A DNA stretch of 53,048 nucleotides, from assembly GCA_035759585.1 (NCBI GenBank), contig DASTUP010000249.1, positions 1-53,048 of the forward strand, given 5' to 3'. Every line of letters begins with the position of its first letter. Position 1 is the first letter of the stretch. The position numbers were made by a program, and so were the translations under genes. Positions 51,087-53,048 of this stretch are shown piece after piece. Below the pieces are notes generated by a model that was not told where the DNA came from, did no database searches, and saw only the letters and a program-made list of their open reading frames with translations. This DNA is from Gemmatimonadales bacterium (GTDB taxonomy: Bacteria > Gemmatimonadota > Gemmatimonadetes > Gemmatimonadales > GWC2-71-9).

Positions 51087-51901
51087 TCGCGCGCAGCCCC
51101 GGCCTCCTCCTGCTTCTCGCCGCCATCGCGGCGCCGGCTGCGGGTCAGCAGAGTGCGGATGCAGCACGCCTTCAGGAGCGGCTCGATCCGGCCACCGCGC
51201 GCCTCGTCAGCAGCGTGGTGGACTCCGCCACGAGCCTGGGGCTTCCGTCCGCGCCCCTCGTCAACAAGGCACTCGAGGGCGCCAGCAAGGGTGCGGCGCC
51301 CGATCGCATCCTGGTCGCCGTACGTTCGCTTGCAGCGGACCTGCGCTCCGCGCGCGCAGCGCTCGGTCCCGCGGCGAGCGAGGCGGAGCTCGTTGCCGGC
51401 GTCGGAGCGTTGCGGGCAGGCGCGGAAGGCGACGTGCTCGCCCGCGTGAAGCGCGCCCGCGGGGAGAGCTCCGCGCTCCTCCCGCTCGCGGTACTGTCCG
51501 ACCTCGTCGCGCAGGGCATCCCCGTCGATCGTGCAGCCACCGTCATCCTCGGACTTGCCGAGCGCCGTGCGGCCGACGCGCAGTATCGCACTCTCCCGCG
51601 GGCGCATGGCCGGGGCGGCGCCTCGGCGGTGGGTCCCGCCGCTCCGGATCCGGGATCGGGACGCGGGAATGCCGGAGACCGGCCCGGGCGCGGAAATGCA
51701 CCCGACCGGCCGGGCACCAACCCTTCGGGTGCCGATCATCCGGCCCCGGACCGTCCTGTGGACCAGCCCGCGCCGGGAAGACCAGTCGAGCCTCCCGCCA
51801 TAGGGCGCCCCGCAGATCCGACGCGGCAGCCACCGGTAGACGGCCCCGGGAAGGGGGCCGTTCCGGAGCTCCCGCCAAAGGGCCGGCCCACCGGGCCATG
51901 A
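51083..51901 (+). CDS. Secreted hypothetical protein with a Pro/Gly/Arg-rich tail
   Basis: Signal LLLLLAAIAAPAAGQ followed by a helical Ala/Leu-rich core. The C-terminal 90 aa or so are low complexity (PGRGNAPDRPGTNPSG...PAPGRPVEPPAIGRPADP). The GTG start overlaps the upstream stop (GTGA). Confidence 0.55.
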   Translation: MIARSPGLLLLLAAIAAPAAGQQSADAARLQERLDPATARLVSSVVDSATSLGLPSAPLVNKALEGASKGAAPDRILVAVRSLAADLRSARAALGPAASEAELVAGVGALRAGAEGDVLARVKRARGESSALLPLAVLSDLVAQGIPVDRAATVILGLAERRAADAQYRTLPRAHGRGGASAVGPAAPDPGSGRGNAGDRPGRGNAPDRPGTNPSGADHPAPDRPVDQPAPGRPVEPPAIGRPADPTRQPPVDGPGKGAVPELPPKGRPTGP

Positions 51902-51902
51902 G

Positions 51903-53042
51903 GTGACGATCCCCGCACTGCGGCGGGTCGTACTGCTCGGCACGCTTCCGTTCCTCGCTCCTCTCCCGACACTCTCAGCGCAGATGGCCGCCACGCTCGA
52001 CGGCGCCGCGACGCGCATCTCCTATTCCGAAGGAAGTCCCGCCACCGGCGTCTCGCTCGCGCCGAATTTCCAGGTGATCCGTCCATGGCACTCGCTCTTC
52101 GCAGGAGGTGCCGTCACCCGTTTCGCCGGTGACATCTGGAGCGTTCAGGGTCATCTCGCCGGATCGGCGTACGTGGGATCGTTCGCCGGATTCCATCCTG
52201 AGCTCGAGGGGCGGCTGCGCGGTACGCGGCACGAGGACGGTGGCGGCAGCAGCGAGTTCGCCGGTGCTGCCCGTCTCCATCGGTTCGGCTCGGCGCGCGG
52301 ATTCTGGATCGGCGCCAATGGCGGCCGCTCCTGGGATGGAATCGAGTGGCGCGGCACGCTTGCGGCGGAGGGGGGCGCGTGGGCGCGCATCGGAGCCGGC
52401 ACGATTTCGCTTTCCATCACGGGATCACGCGTGAATGACGAGCTCCGGTTTGCCGAAGCTGAGAGCGCCTTCCGGATGGATCGCGGTCCGCTCGAGCTCG
52501 TCGCGTACGGGGGACTGCGTCATTTCTTCAGACCGGACGCGGCGTCGGCCGAAGGGTGGGGCGGCGCCAGCATTGCCTGGTGGATCGGGGACCGGCTTGC
52601 CGTCACGGCGTCGGGCGGTGCGTATCCCGCCGACTATGCCCAGGGCCTTCCGTCGGGAGCTTTCGGCTCGCTTGGCGTGCGCGTCGCGACCGGTCGCCTG
52701 TCGCGCGCACGCCGCGTCAACGAACCGCTCGATCTCATCCTTCCTCCGGTCCGCGCCGGGGCATCCGGTCTTGCCCTCGAGCGGCTTGGCGACGGCTCCG
52801 CGCGGATCACGATCCGCGGGCTCCCCGCCAACCGCGTGGAGCTGATGGGAGACTTCACCAGCTGGGAGCCCGTCGCCCTCACCTCGTCCGGGACCGGCAG
52901 GTGGATGACGACTCTTCCCGTTCCCGTCGGAATACACCGGGTCAACGTCCGGGTCGACGGAGGCCAATGGATTGTCCCGCCGGGACTTCCGGGATCGACC
53001 GATGAATTCGGAGGGGCTGCGGGGATCCTGATCGTGGAGTGA
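51903..53042 (+). CDS. Secreted protein: beta-rich N-terminal domain plus a C-terminal CBM48/AMPK-beta GBD-like domain
   Basis: Signal VLLGTLPFLAPLPTLSAQ. Gly/aromatic-rich alternating segments suggest a beta-barrel-like fold. C-terminal ITIRGLPANRVELMGDFTSWEPV...GIHRVNVRVDGGQWIVPP. Confidence 0.6.
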   Translation: MTIPALRRVVLLGTLPFLAPLPTLSAQMAATLDGAATRISYSEGSPATGVSLAPNFQVIRPWHSLFAGGAVTRFAGDIWSVQGHLAGSAYVGSFAGFHPELEGRLRGTRHEDGGGSSEFAGAARLHRFGSARGFWIGANGGRSWDGIEWRGTLAAEGGAWARIGAGTISLSITGSRVNDELRFAEAESAFRMDRGPLELVAYGGLRHFFRPDAASAEGWGGASIAWWIGDRLAVTASGGAYPADYAQGLPSGAFGSLGVRVATGRLSRARRVNEPLDLILPPVRAGASGLALERLGDGSARITIRGLPANRVELMGDFTSWEPVALTSSGTGRWMTTLPVPVGIHRVNVRVDGGQWIVPPGLPGSTDEFGGAAGILIVE

Positions 53043-53048
53043 CCCGGC

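Noticed and set aside
1-53048. I scanned for CRISPR arrays, rRNA genes, prophage modules, toxin-antitoxin pairs and classic defence genes.
   Set aside because: I saw no regularly spaced direct repeats, no rRNA signatures and no phage structural, restriction or Cas-like motifs. This eye scan cannot exclude short or degenerate elements.

Overview
GC-rich (roughly 68-70 %) bacterial chromosomal window that is almost fully coding. I support about 50 protein genes, 2 tRNAs and several repeats or hairpins. The many 'xxAC' lipobox lipoproteins, DUF4382 paralogs, ECF sigma plus Ser/Thr kinase pair and CBM48-type anti-sigma factor are reminiscent of Gemmatimonadota-like soil bacteria, but this cannot be proven without a database search.

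Gene content from left to right:
- A MutY/Mig-type glycosylase lies divergent from an mlaE-mlaF-mlaD lipid-transport operon.
- RNase Z comes next, followed by CCA-less tRNA-Ala(CGC) and tRNA-Gln(CUG).
- A small islet is bracketed by degenerate copies of the tRNA-Gln 3' end.
- A YCII protein is followed by an ECF sigma factor and a 1039-aa Ser/Thr kinase with a TPR-like tail.
- A block of secreted lipoproteins (alpha/beta hydrolase, Big_2/MopE-motif, CHRD-like, cupin) is framed by a duplicated copy of the kinase 3' end.
- A MocR-regulated cupin / AhpD-like / EamA operon follows.
- Next come a SARP regulator and a long minus-strand string: MarR, DUF899, DUF1428, MATE, BNR-repeat, MoaD-like, NTF2-cupin.
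- An ArsR-like regulator is coupled to DUF1460, followed by DUF4142 and a degenerate PTPS-fold protein.
- A giant (at least 2800 aa) cyclic beta-1,2-glucan synthase sits immediately downstream of a tail-anchored AAA+ ATPase.
- DinB, a HhH lipoprotein, a secreted protein and a CheY-like receiver come next.
- A three-gene operon encodes an unknown protein, a LigD polymerase domain and an ATP-dependent ligase, with no Ku.
- Two tandem S8 peptidases, murB and two tandem DUF4382 lipoproteins follow.
- The window ends with a four-gene ECF sigma / anti-sigma (CBM48) operon.

No CRISPR array, transposase, integrase or rRNA was seen.

Most notable observations:
1. The glucan synthase reading frame is open and protein-like for 106 codons upstream of its first canonical start. 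It has no ATG/GTG/TTG there and is separated from the in-frame AAA+ gene only by one TAG.
2. A duplicated kinase 3' end and a duplicated 80-bp upstream block frame the lipoprotein genes.
3. Tandem tRNA-Gln 3'-end remnants are present.
4. A 0.4-kb nested inverted-repeat element fills one intergenic gap.
5. A BNR-repeat gene is translationally coupled to a GG-terminated MoaD-like gene.
6. The Ku-less split LigD operon carries an uncharacterised first gene.
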